Made by a program: the position numbers and the translations under genes. From the IMG/VR virus record IMGVR_UViG_3300050120_000210, positions 1 to 64,000 of that record: 64,000 nt of DNA; one strand, given 5' to 3'. The notes under the pieces are model-generated. The model did no database searches. It was given only the letters and a program-made list of their open reading frames with translations, and was not told the DNA's origin. This stretch comes from a virus. Positions 9,569 to 18,932 of this stretch are shown here, piece by piece (position 1 is the first letter of the stretch; each line of letters starts with the position of its first letter).

Positions 9569-9947
9569 GGGGTTCGACGGGATAGGGATTTCGACCAACC
9601 CGACAAAGTTCTTGCCGCCAATCGTGTCGCTGCAACCTCAATACACGAACATGGTCTGGTCGGAAGCATTCAAGATGTTGATGCTGAACGATCTGACGCA
9701 CATCTATCACACGACAGTGACGTTCCACACAGAGGCCCGAGAGAAATTCCAGAAGTTTGTCGATAGTGTGGAATGGCCGGTATTCAAGGATTACTGGACA
9801 GCGTTCTATTGCTTTGACGAGTTTTCCACGCCGGAAACTGAACCGGATTTCAAGGAATATCATCGATTTGCCCCACGCCGGGAAATCATCTTCGCGTTTC
9901 GGCAATTGGTTGATTACACCATGTTCAGGATGATCCACGAAGAGTAG
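9561..9947 (+). CDS. Small-protein paralog family member
   Basis: Ends IIFAFRQLVDYTMFRMIHEE; start uncertain. Confidence 0.5.
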   Translation: MIKGFDGIGISTNPTKFLPPIVSLQPQYTNMVWSEAFKMLMLNDLTHIYHTTVTFHTEAREKFQKFVDSVEWPVFKDYWTAFYCFDEFSTPETEPDFKEYHRFAPRREIIFAFRQLVDYTMFRMIHEE

Positions 9948-10014
9948 CGAATATCGTTGACGAGATTCGGATCAGTAGTATTCTACCAATACTGAAACGA
10001 AGGAGATCGTTCGC

Positions 10015-10671
10015 ATGGTTCGCCCCGCTTTTGACACGACCCTCGCCGATCTCGCCGACATCTCCGTCTCCGTGAACCGGACAACCTCGCAGGCGACCGA
10101 AACCCAGCCCTGCATCGCGACGGTGACGATCCCGGCCCATCTTCTGCAACAAATTCTGACCTGTGCCAGCCTGCACATGTCGGATAACCCCTTCGTGCCG
10201 CGCCCGGAAATCGGCGACTTGGCCGAAGTGATCGCCTCCAACAATGCCGTCGATCAGGACTGGCATTGGGAGATGCGCGACACCATCGAAATCCTGTCGG
10301 CGCGTTGCTCCGTGGCCCAGTCGCCGGACTATCCGCAAAACGGGCTCAACAAGGAACGCAGCGTCGCCAGCGACCGCCAGTTCCGCGCCCTCAAGAAAGG
10401 TTGGGACGAGAAGGCCAAGGTGGAAGCCGAAGCCATCGACTCAAGCACCCCGGAAGGGATGAAGGCTCGCTGGGACGCCCTGAACGTCAAGCCGCTCCGC
10501 GACAAGCAAATCGTCGGCCTGATGGCCACGTTGCTCGAAGGCGAAAAGCCGCAAGGCTTCGCGTGGAATATCGTGGCCCCTCTGTTCGAGAACTACCGCA
10601 AGGAAGCCGCCAAGGCGGCCAAGGGCGCGGAAGCCATCTCGGCCGCTCGCAAGCTGTTGGGCGGCACCTGA
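10015..10671 (+). CDS. Hypothetical early protein
   Basis: AAGGAG RBS, downstream of promoter 9957. Confidence 0.65.
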   Translation: MVRPAFDTTLADLADISVSVNRTTSQATETQPCIATVTIPAHLLQQILTCASLHMSDNPFVPRPEIGDLAEVIASNNAVDQDWHWEMRDTIEILSARCSVAQSPDYPQNGLNKERSVASDRQFRALKKGWDEKAKVEAEAIDSSTPEGMKARWDALNVKPLRDKQIVGLMATLLEGEKPQGFAWNIVAPLFENYRKEAAKAAKGAEAISAARKLLGGT

Positions 10672-10672
10672 G

Positions 10673-11047
10673 ATGCCCCAGACGACATACATCGTGGAAT
10701 GGAACGAAGGGCGTGGCACCAAGGTCCACGTCATCGTCGGCCCGAGCTACGGCGAGTCGGGCTTCTACCGCCAGACCGAAAGCTGGAATGCGTTCCGCAC
10801 GAACGCGCATCGCATCGGCGCGCAGTCCATTCGAGACGGAGATCGTGCAACCCGGTTCCATGTGCGTTGGGGCGGCGATTTCGAAGCCGACATGGAATCC
10901 GAACAGCGAACCATTGACCAGATCATCGCACTGGGTAAGACGCCCAAGCTACCCCGCACGGCGGATTTGCCCCGGATCGAACATGCTGACTGTAAGGCGT
11001 TTTACGCTTTCGTTGGCTACAACACCAAGAAAAGGAAGTTCGGATGA
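10673..11047 (+). CDS. Hypothetical protein
   Basis: Tightly coupled ORF. Confidence 0.6.
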   Translation: MPQTTYIVEWNEGRGTKVHVIVGPSYGESGFYRQTESWNAFRTNAHRIGAQSIRDGDRATRFHVRWGGDFEADMESEQRTIDQIIALGKTPKLPRTADLPRIEHADCKAFYAFVGYNTKKRKFG

Positions 11048-11334
11048 CCATCATCTACAACCGCACCACCGGTCAGTTCGAGGATTCTATCCCGAACAAC
11101 GAACAACACTGGACCGACTGGCTGGCGGCCGGGAATACACCGGAGCGTGGTTCGATGCTCGAAATCTATCTGGAACGCGTGGGCCTCGTGCCCCCGTTCT
11201 GCGTGAAACTGACCGATGCCGAACGACAGGCCATCCAAACTGACGTGCGCGGCTTCTGGAAGAAATGGGCGGCCGAGCACCCCGAGTCGTTCCATCCGAC
11301 CCCGGAACTGTCCACCTTCATCGAAACCGCCTGA
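11044..11334 (+). CDS. Hypothetical protein
   Basis: ATGA-coupled ORF. Confidence 0.6.
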   Translation: MTIIYNRTTGQFEDSIPNNEQHWTDWLAAGNTPERGSMLEIYLERVGLVPPFCVKLTDAERQAIQTDVRGFWKKWAAEHPESFHPTPELSTFIETA

Positions 11335-11335
11335 C

Positions 11336-11683
11336 ATGAGCAACAAAATCGAAATCGATCTCGATGGCCCCGGCCTCGACAACGAGCAGTTCTACGATGA
11401 AGTGCTGGCGCCCGCCCTGCTGAGAATCTCGCAAGAATTGGAATCGCGCGGGCTCGCGTTCCTGTGCACTGCCGAATACAATCCCGGCGAGTTCGGCACC
11501 ACGCTCAACAATCCGGCGACCAAGTGCGATGCCACGCGGATGGGTTACTATGCGATCCGCTCGCACGGCAACATCGACTCCGTCGCCATTCAGTGGGTCC
11601 GCGAGGCCCGAGAGCAGAAACGCGCCCACGGTTCCATCGTGATGAACCAAATGGGATTGGACCCAGACCCGGCCAAACGCTAA
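11336..11683 (+). CDS. Hypothetical protein
   Basis: Coupled ORF starting MSNKIEIDL. Confidence 0.6.
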   Translation: MSNKIEIDLDGPGLDNEQFYDEVLAPALLRISQELESRGLAFLCTAEYNPGEFGTTLNNPATKCDATRMGYYAIRSHGNIDSVAIQWVREAREQKRAHGSIVMNQMGLDPDPAKR

Positions 11684-11692
11684 GGAAGCATC

Positions 11693-12010
11693 ATGATCGT
11701 CCTTCCCATCATATACTACATCGTGTGGGCGCTTCTTGCAGCCTACGGATGGAAGAATTTCTTCCGTGACACGCTTCTCCCCGTTGAAGGAAGCAACGCG
11801 CTGACGCTTGCTTTCTTCTATCTTCTGGGAGTGGGCGGCTTCGTGCTGGGATTCTTGCTCATCCTGCAATGGGTGGAATGGCTGCCGTCGTTCCTCAACA
11901 ACATGGAAAACAACACGAAGTGGTTCGTGCGGATTTTCCTGCTGGTCTGGCCGCCCTATGCCTACGCCCTCGTTTTTCGAGCGTGGCGGAAGCGGCAACG
12001 AATCGTCTAA
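11693..12010 (+). CDS. Membrane protein
   Basis: Three hydrophobic segments; AAGGAAG RBS. Confidence 0.6.
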   Translation: MIVLPIIYYIVWALLAAYGWKNFFRDTLLPVEGSNALTLAFFYLLGVGGFVLGFLLILQWVEWLPSFLNNMENNTKWFVRIFLLVWPPYAYALVFRAWRKRQRIV

Positions 12011-12221
12011 TGCACCATCTCGCAGACTTCCTCGCGCGGGAAGCGGCCTTCATTTCCGGCATCCCTCCGTGGGGCTGGGCGCTGCTACTGTGCCTGCTGA
12101 TCTGGTTGGGAATCACGTCGATGTTTCAGCCGCCCCGCTGATCTCGTAAACGAATTGCAATTACGGTGAGATGCTCCTAATATGGGGGTCTCAGACTTGA
12201 CGGCGTGGGAGTCTCTAGCAC

Positions 12222-12352
12222 GCAGGAATGGTGGAATTTGGGCATACACAGGGGTGTGGGTAAGGACCCTCACTTCGGTTGGGAAACGCGGGCGACCGCC
12301 TCCCGGCTGCCTAACATGCGGGTGTTTGCTGGTTCGAATCCAGCTTCGTGAT
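12222..12352 (+). ncRNA. tRNA-like structured RNA with expanded central domain
   Basis: D-arm-like TGGTGGAATTTGGGCATACAC, perfect T-arm GCTGG-TTCGAAT-CCAGC (12328-12344), imperfect acceptor stem, two extra hairpins in place of an anticodon arm; TTGACG at 12197 upstream. Confidence 0.55.
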
Positions 12353-12397
12353 TGGCATGTGAGTGTCGGAGTGACGCCCGGCTCAAGGATGAGAACT

Positions 12398-12724
12398 ATG
12401 GTGGCGAAAACCTACGACCCGAAAACTATGGCGCTCGCTGCCGAATATCCCTTTGAGGTGATGGTGCAATCTAGCACCGATCCTGTCGGGTCGCGGCAAG
12501 GGTTCGGCGTGAAGCTGGGAGTTTCGAGCCGTGGTTCGGGCAAAGTCAACGATAGCGGGTTCGATAATGCCGTTAGAGAAATGATGGACTGGTGTAACGA
12601 GAATTGCGTTTTCTTCTGGATGCTGGGGCCGGTTCTTCCGATCAAAGTGTTCGAGACGTGGACATACAATTTCGCCTTCGTAGACGAACAAGACGCGATG
12701 TTTTTTAAGCTGCGGTGGCAATGA
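12398..12724 (+). CDS. Small-protein paralog family member carrying an 18-codon copy of the prohead protease motif
   Basis: Ends YNFAFVDEQDAMFFKLRWQ; contains GVKLGVSSRGSGKVNDSG. Confidence 0.65.
   Translation: MVAKTYDPKTMALAAEYPFEVMVQSSTDPVGSRQGFGVKLGVSSRGSGKVNDSGFDNAVREMMDWCNENCVFFWMLGPVLPIKVFETWTYNFAFVDEQDAMFFKLRWQ
12505..12558 (+). repeat. 54-nt direct repeat, copy 1 (copy 2 at 26342-26395)
   Basis: CGGCGTGAAGCTGGGAGTTTCGAGCCGTGGTTCGGGCAA[A/C]GTCAACGATAGCGG, 53/54 identical. Confidence 0.95.
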
Positions 12725-13947
12725 AATCCGAACTGATCCTTATGTTGCAAGAGCGTGGTTTCATCAACCAAGCGACTAACCTTGAGGGGTTGGATGCGCT
12801 GGCGCTTGAGCAGAAAATCACGAGCTACATCGGTTTCGATTTGACCGCCGACAGCTTGCACGTCGGCTCGCTGGTGCAGATCATGTTGCTGCGTCACATG
12901 ACAAAGCTCGGCCACGATCCCTTGATCCTCTTGGGTGAGGCGACCACGCGCATTGGCGATCCGTCCGGCAAGAGCGCGGCAAGGCCGATGCTCACCCGTG
13001 ACCAGATCGAGCACAACCGTCTGGGCATCGAAAAAGTTTTCCGCAAGTTCGTGGACAATCCGACGTTCGTTTCGAACGCCGCATGGTTCGACGATGACAC
13101 GACTCTGTTCGGTTACCTGCACGACTACGGCCCGCATTTTTCCATCAACCGGATGCTCACGTTTGATTCGGTGAAGTCGCGCCTGCGTGGGAACTCGACG
13201 CTGTCGTTCCTTGAGTTCAACTACATGCTCATGCAGGCCATCGACTTCTTCAAGCTGTCTGAAACCATGGACTGCGTGTTGCAGATCGGCGGCTCGGATC
13301 AGTGGGGCAACATCATCAACGGTGTCGAACTGGTTCGTCGAAAGAGCAGCCGTGAGGTGTTCGGGCTGACCACTCCGCTGATGACCAACTCGGCCGGGGA
13401 GAAAATGGGCAAGACCGCCGATGGCGCCATCTGGCTCGACCCGGATAAAACCTCGGCGTTTGAGTTCTGGCAGTTCTGGCGGAACGTGGAAGATGTGAAG
13501 GTCGGAGAGTTCCTTCGCCTGTTCACCGACCTCGATCTCGATGAAATCACGCGTCTGGAAATCCTCGGTGGTCAGGAACTCAACGAGGCCAAGAAAATCC
13601 TCGCGACTGAGGTGACGGCCATGGTCCACGGTAGGGCCACCGCTGCACACGTTGCGCTGCTCACCACGGGCGGTAACGTCGATCCCTGCCCGGATAGTAT
13701 GCCGATGCACATTATCCCGTCAGCGGCCTTCTCTGCGGGCATTACGCTCGCTCAAATCCTTCTCGACAGCAAGTTGGTCACGTCGAAGGGGGAAGCTGAT
13801 CGAATGGCCGCTAACGATGGTGTGAAGATCAACGGGCACATCGTCAACGACGTGCGTGAGGTTCTTCCTCGCCATGCGTTCGAGGACAACAGCTTCCTGC
13901 TCTCCGTGGGCAAGAAGAAGATGATCGCCGTGAAGATCGAGGACTGA
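12721..13947 (+). CDS. tyrS: Tyrosyl-tRNA synthetase
   Basis: YIGFDLTADSLHVGSL (HIGH-type), IGDPSG, QIGGSDQWGNI, KMGKT, C-terminal S4-like domain. Confidence 0.96.
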   Translation: MKSELILMLQERGFINQATNLEGLDALALEQKITSYIGFDLTADSLHVGSLVQIMLLRHMTKLGHDPLILLGEATTRIGDPSGKSAARPMLTRDQIEHNRLGIEKVFRKFVDNPTFVSNAAWFDDDTTLFGYLHDYGPHFSINRMLTFDSVKSRLRGNSTLSFLEFNYMLMQAIDFFKLSETMDCVLQIGGSDQWGNIINGVELVRRKSSREVFGLTTPLMTNSAGEKMGKTADGAIWLDPDKTSAFEFWQFWRNVEDVKVGEFLRLFTDLDLDEITRLEILGGQELNEAKKILATEVTAMVHGRATAAHVALLTTGGNVDPCPDSMPMHIIPSAAFSAGITLAQILLDSKLVTSKGEADRMAANDGVKINGHIVNDVREVLPRHAFEDNSFLLSVGKKKMIAVKIED

Positions 13948-14403
13948 GATGGAAGAACACGATTCCACCGAACAACGTAGCAATTGGCTACAGGAGTTCT
14001 GGGAACGGGTCCTCTATGAGGACCCGTTCTATCAGGTCGGCCCGCTGTTGGGGTTCGGTATTTTCATTCTGCCGATCATCTTCGTGTGGTTCCTGTTGCG
14101 CGATGGGCACTCGCTTCGCAGCCGAGTGATCGGCTTTTGCTGGCTCGCTTTCTGCGCGGGCATCTTCGCATCGTGAGCGACGACGATTGGAAACCTCTGG
14201 ATAGCGTGCCTCGCGATGGCACGCCTTTCGTAGTTCAGACGACCCACACATTTCGGTGGGCGCCTTACAAGGATTTCGGGAAGACCAAAAATCAGATCGG
14301 CAAAGATGCCCAGATGATCGACGGTCAACCGGGACGGTGGCAATATCTCGATATTCGAGGCCACTGGGCTAACACTATTGCACCCAAAGGACTTTGGAAA
14401 AAA

Positions 14404-14654
14404 TGAGCAATTTGCCAGCCCAAAAGGCTGCACAGGACTACCTCAAGAGCATCGAACCGGCCGTGCAATATCACGACGGAGCATCCATCGGAAACATCGT
14501 CAGCGGCTACCGTAAGGACACCGCCGGGGCGTTGAAAGAAGTCACCAGCTATTGCCGCCGCGAGGGGCTGAAGCTCACCGAAGAGCAGATCGACACGTTG
14601 ATCTCTCTGACGCACGCGGCGCTCCCGGCACAGAACGCCTACCGATTGGTATAA
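14404..14654 (+). CDS. Hypothetical protein
   Basis: Last ORF of the coupled + strand run after tyrS. Confidence 0.5.
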
Positions 14655-15007
14655 CGATACGCCCGGCCGATCAGAGTCGGGTGGGCAATCGTCAACAGCA
14701 CAAGGTCGGACTCGTTTTCCAGAAGCACTTTGGTAACGACGACGTTCGTCTTGCGCTGCTGGATGATCTTGAAGCGGCCATACACCATTGCGCGTAGGGT
14801 CGCGAAGAACAGTTGCAGTTCGTTGTAGAGATCGCGCTCGCGCTCACTGATCCAGCGCCCGCCGCCATAGCCCACGACCAATGGTACGTTGATCGTCGGG
14901 CAAACGCGCAGTTCGATGTTGAATCGCGTCTGGCGTACCGGCCGCAGTTTGTCTCGAAGGTTGAGCCGAGCCTTGTGGCCGAATTTCGGCCTACGTTTTT
15001 TTGCCAT
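14639..15007 (-). CDS. Hypothetical basic protein
   Basis: Overlaps resolvase 3' end; ends VLLENESDLVLLTIAHP. Confidence 0.55.
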   Translation of the reverse strand: MAKKRRPKFGHKARLNLRDKLRPVRQTRFNIELRVCPTINVPLVVGYGGGRWISERERDLYNELQLFFATLRAMVYGRFKIIQQRKTNVVVTKVLLENESDLVLLTIAHPTLIGRAYRYTNR

Positions 15008-15536
15008 CTAGCCCACCACTGGACAGAATCTCGATAGGCGCCTTGTTATCGGTGATGAACTGCACGAGGTTGGTGACCACGTATTGCACGCCGCTGGCGG
15101 CCGTATAGACGATGTAGTTCGGTAGGACGAACTCGTCTTTCAGGCGGGCATCGAAGCACGCGGCCCATTCCCGGCGGTTTGCTCTGAAAGCGAGCATCCA
15201 GAAGTCACCCTTATCGACGGCATCAAGGGTCTGGTCGATCCAAGTATCGAGCAGCTTGATCGGCGTCGGGGTGATGAACTGATGATAGGGGAACTCGGCG
15301 TAGAACTTCGATTCCAAAACGAGGAACGGAAGATTGTCGGGCGTGATGATGTCGCCCTTCGACGCTTTGAGTTGGGTGTCGGACAAAATGTCACGACGAT
15401 AGGCGTTCTTACCCCCAGTGAACGCGCCAGAGGTGAAAACTCGTTGGAAACTACCTCCGAAGACACCTTCGAAGAGACGGCACAACTCGCGCTCGCCAGC
15501 GTTGCCCTTGTTCTTGCTACGATTACCGCCTGCCAT
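14991..15536 (-). CDS. Holliday junction resolvase, PD-(D/E)xK type
   Basis: SKNKGNAGERE, GDII, LESKFY motifs; TAAATA upstream. Confidence 0.8.
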   Translation of the reverse strand: MAGGNRSKNKGNAGERELCRLFEGVFGGSFQRVFTSGAFTGGKNAYRRDILSDTQLKASKGDIITPDNLPFLVLESKFYAEFPYHQFITPTPIKLLDTWIDQTLDAVDKGDFWMLAFRANRREWAACFDARLKDEFVLPNYIVYTAASGVQYVVTNLVQFITDNKAPIEILSSGGLDGKKT

Positions 15537-15929
15537 CTGGTCCTCATGGAGTGTGGACCAGTATTTAGCCGGTGTTAATTCGGCTGTAATCTGAGCTTCG
15601 TTTGAGCGATGACCTCGGGGTTGAGCACGAACATGAGACGATCACCATCTTCGGTTTCGATGTCGGCATCCATTTCGATGATCCCGATGATCGGGTGATG
15701 CGTATGTTCGAAAACACGGAAGATCGCCCCGCCGATGTCTTTTTCGAAGGTGCAAGTCCATTCGATGCGACTCGCACCGGGGTAGAACTGTTCAAGTGCT
15801 TCGTGGCTCAGGTTCATATGATTCTCCTCAACTAGAAATACCATGAGTCGAAAATTGGTCAACCAAAGGCTCAATTGAAATTGCGATTCGTGCCGCTCTC
15901 AACGTAATATCTGAGTATAGGAGCAGTGC

Positions 15930-16448
15930 ATGACAGTTGAAGTTCGCGTAATCCCGGCTGGCGTATCAGGTCTTTCGAAGAAAAAGACACAGTCGCAACA
16001 AAAACCCAAAGCCGTTCGGCTGAATCCCAAGGAAACTGCAAAACTCAAGCAGAAAACCAAAGAAAAGATCGTTCCTATTGTTGGACGATATGGAGAAGCC
16101 GTCACCCGCACGGTGACGCGGATGCAATCCGAAAACAAGGCTGAGCACAATCGTCTTACCGACCGCGAAATCCATCGCCAGCTACGGCAGCAGCTTTCGA
16201 CGGCTCATCCGCAAAAGTCTGGCGTCGAAATTGATATTCTGGTAAACCAAGTTTTGCCCACGGTGATGGCTGCCTACCGTGGCCCAGCCGCGCAACCTGC
16301 TCCGGTGCGTTCGGCTGAAGAAGTGGCGGTTTGGACTGCTCGAAACACGGAACGCCGTCGAGTGGTCAAGTCCAATCGTCTGCGTCGTAAGGCCGACCAG
16401 CCAATGTCGAAAGCTGATCGAGCATGGGTCGCGTCCGGCCGTCGATAA
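15930..16448 (+). CDS. Hypothetical basic protein
   Basis: AGGAG RBS; K/R-rich. Confidence 0.55.
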   Translation: MTVEVRVIPAGVSGLSKKKTQSQQKPKAVRLNPKETAKLKQKTKEKIVPIVGRYGEAVTRTVTRMQSENKAEHNRLTDREIHRQLRQQLSTAHPQKSGVEIDILVNQVLPTVMAAYRGPAAQPAPVRSAEEVAVWTARNTERRRVVKSNRLRRKADQPMSKADRAWVASGRR

Positions 16449-16756
16449 CCACCAAGGCCGACAAGCCCGAGATTGATCGTCTCAACGATCTCTTGAAGGC
16501 GGCGGGACTCCGCGCCGAAGTCTTCCATTCTCGATGGCCGGACGATACGCTGCGTGTTGTGTTCCGTCGTATCGTGGCGCCCAAGCCCGGCTATTGGCCG
16601 GACGAGGAAATGGATTACGACACCACCTTCAGCCAAATCGAAGACGTGCGCGGCATGGTCAACGATTTCATCAAACAGAATACAAACTCTCCGGCCTCGG
16701 CCCCGACCAAGTGGTGGAATTTTGAAGCTCTATTTCGACGGCGGCTGCAAGCCTAA
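16424..16756 (+). CDS. Hypothetical protein
   Basis: Overlapping ORF in cassette. Confidence 0.5.
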   Translation: MGRVRPSITTKADKPEIDRLNDLLKAAGLRAEVFHSRWPDDTLRVVFRRIVAPKPGYWPDEEMDYDTTFSQIEDVRGMVNDFIKQNTNSPASAPTKWWNFEALFRRRLQA

Positions 16757-17099
16757 CCCCGGCAAAATGGAAGTCGCTGTGGTGTCGGATGACGGCTCTA
16801 TCAAAGAGCACGCCCGTATCCACGACGGCACCAACAACGAAGCTGAGTGGCTCGCATTCTTGTGGGCCGCGAGCATCGCCATTTCCAAGGGGTTCAACCG
16901 CGCCCCGTTGACGATCCTCGGCGACTCCAAGTTGGTGATCTCGCAGGCACAAGGCGTGTGGCAGGTTAAACAACCCAGCCTCGCCGTTTTCCGCGATGAG
17001 TTCCGAACTATGGAACCTGAGTTCAAGCAACTGCGGCTCGTTCACGTTTTGCGTGGTGTGAACCCTGCCGGACACTACATCGAGGAAGTCAACGGATGA
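16722..17099 (+). CDS. rnhA: Ribonuclease HI-like protein
   Basis: YFDGG..PNPG, TNNEAEW, GDSKLV motifs; TTG start inferred. Confidence 0.85.
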   Translation: MKLYFDGGCKPNPGKMEVAVVSDDGSIKEHARIHDGTNNEAEWLAFLWAASIAISKGFNRAPLTILGDSKLVISQAQGVWQVKQPSLAVFRDEFRTMEPEFKQLRLVHVLRGVNPAGHYIEEVNG

Positions 17100-17256
17100 A
17101 ATATGTGTATGGCGCGCTTTTGCTCATTTCGGTGATCTCGGTCATCTACAGTTTTGCTGGACCGTTCACGCCGAACTCAAAAGTCGTGGCATTCATCGGC
17201 ATCGCCAACGGCGCCATGATCGTCTATGCCCTGCTTTTTCTGCTCGGAAAGCTGAA

Positions 17257-17664
17257 GTGACAGACAAATATTGGATCGTCACGCACGAAGTCCATCCGCC
17301 GCAGTATGCCCTACATGGTTCCGTGGCTCGGCCGGGCATGGCGATATCCGCAGAAGACCCGGTGTCTCATTTCGATAAGATGGTTGACGACATTCGTCTT
17401 GACGCTCATCGCCTTTCGGGTATCAGTCCAACGTTCGTAGATTTCGTAGCCAAGTCTCGTAACATGAAAGATGTTACCTTGCGATGGTGTCTGTTCGATG
17501 GCACTTCGGCATTGGCTTTTGCTATGCTTGTCAGCGGAAAGATAACAGAGCGGGACTGGCCGATAGCTATCGATGAACTGTCAGATGAAGAAAAACTCGT
17601 GGCTTTCTTCGACGTGGTGGTTTCGAACATGTGGACTGAGATAGTGGGGTCTGTGGGTGGATAA
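17257..17664 (+). CDS. Hypothetical protein
   Basis: 135-aa ORF in cassette. Confidence 0.5.
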   Translation: MTDKYWIVTHEVHPPQYALHGSVARPGMAISAEDPVSHFDKMVDDIRLDAHRLSGISPTFVDFVAKSRNMKDVTLRWCLFDGTSALAFAMLVSGKITERDWPIAIDELSDEEKLVAFFDVVVSNMWTEIVGSVGG

Positions 17665-18175
17665 GTTTTGTAAGTTCTGCGGCGTGGTGCATAGCGCCCC
17701 AGAGTATCCGAAGACATGCACAGCGTGTGAGCAGATCACATACGTCAATCCGACACCGGTTGCCGTGTTGCTTCAGCCGGTCACGGGTGCGGATGGGCGG
17801 TTCTCCGGTATCATCGTCGGCAAGCGCGGCATTGAACCCGGCAAGGGCGAATATGGCCTACCGGGTGGCTTCATCGACTGTGGCGATGTGGATGTGATCG
17901 AAGGTGCAAGGCGTGAATTCTGGGAAGAACTCGGCGTCACGGCGCCGCCCGCCAATCGCATGAGCCTCTTCTGGTCGTTCTCGAACACTCGCCAACTGTT
18001 GCTGTTTGTGCGCTCACACCTGACTCTGGACGAAGCCGAAGTCATGGCCGGGTTTACCCCCAACTTCGAATGCCCGGAAATCAGGATCGCCCGCAAGCCG
18101 GAGGCTTTGTGCTTCCCGTCACACACGCGGGCGCTGGCGATGTATTTCGACTGGTTCAACCAGCCCGGCGACTAA
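17657..18175 (+). CDS. Nudix hydrolase with N-terminal zinc ribbon
   Basis: Two CxxC pairs, then Nudix box LPGGFID...GARREFWEELG. Confidence 0.88.
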   Translation: MDKFCKFCGVVHSAPEYPKTCTACEQITYVNPTPVAVLLQPVTGADGRFSGIIVGKRGIEPGKGEYGLPGGFIDCGDVDVIEGARREFWEELGVTAPPANRMSLFWSFSNTRQLLLFVRSHLTLDEAEVMAGFTPNFECPEIRIARKPEALCFPSHTRALAMYFDWFNQPGD

Positions 18176-18372
18176 CATGAACAGAGAAAAAGCCTACGCC
18201 AATCGCGCCACGTTGGATCGGAAGAACCTTGAGCAACTGTATCAAGGTCTCTTAGACGAACTGGTCAACTACAAGCGCGCGGTGGCGAACTATCCGCCCG
18301 ACCGTATGATGAAATACGGCACGCCGTTCATGAACAAAATAGAAGCACGCATCGGGGAAGTCGAACGACTAC

Positions 18373-18696
18373 TCACGACCACCGAAGTTTGAAGTGGAGT
18401 GCTTCGTGAACATCTTCGAACACGAAGCCCGTGGTTCCCAATTTCCATTGACCGTGTAGCTCTTCGACGATCCAGATGATCCGGTCGCCAAGAGCGTTTG
18501 GCTTGACGTGCCGTGGCAATCCCACAGTGCTTCCTTCCAACGTTTCCGACCAACGATCCAGATCAGCTAGGCGCGGCTTTCCTTGAAGCCACCCCGGCCG
18601 ATCCTCTCGCAGACCGATTCGAAGTAGGATCGTGTTGACGTTGTGAAGATAGGAGCCAAAATACTCCACCATCTCGCAAGCGTTATCCACGTTCAT
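18373..18696 (-). CDS. Small-protein paralog family member
   Basis: ATG 18696 overlaps upstream stop; ends GFVFEDVHEALHFKLRWS. Confidence 0.6.
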   Translation of the reverse strand: MNVDNACEMVEYFGSYLHNVNTILLRIGLREDRPGWLQGKPRLADLDRWSETLEGSTVGLPRHVKPNALGDRIIWIVEELHGQWKLGTTGFVFEDVHEALHFKLRWS

Positions 18697-18932
18697 AGAA
18701 GCGGCAAGCCGTTCTTCTCGACCATCTTCACCCGTTCGTCGATCTGGCGAAGGATGCGTTTGCGTTCGTTGAAGCTCAGCGACCACGCCTCTTGACGAGA
18801 CAGGCTTCCCCGCATGTGCCACATGATAGAGTGGACATGGTCGATCAGTTCGTCAGTCTCAGCGCGGAAGCTGCCTAGAAGCTCCTGAAGCTCCCGAAGG
18901 TCTGTAATTCTCAGGAGCCGTTGTCGAAAAAA
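18693..18932 (-). CDS. Baseplate/tail assembly protein, probable -1 frameshift extension of the gp26-like gene
   Basis: WHMRGSLSRQEAWSLSFNER motif; no good start codon of its own; entered via T TTT TTC at 18926-18932. Confidence 0.6.
   Translation of the reverse strand, partial: FFRQRLLRITDLRELQELLGSFRAETDELIDHVHSIMWHMRGSLSRQEAWSLSFNERKRILRQIDERVKMVEKNGLPLL

Noticed and set aside
12222-12352. Canonical tRNA-Leu/Ser/Tyr or tmRNA
   Set aside because: No 7-nt anticodon loop at the expected place, two acceptor mismatches, no CCA; far too short and no tag ORF for tmRNA
12182-12397. 5' extension of ORF 12182-12724
   Set aside because: It overlaps the promoter-like motif and the structured RNA; a better start lies at 12389/12398
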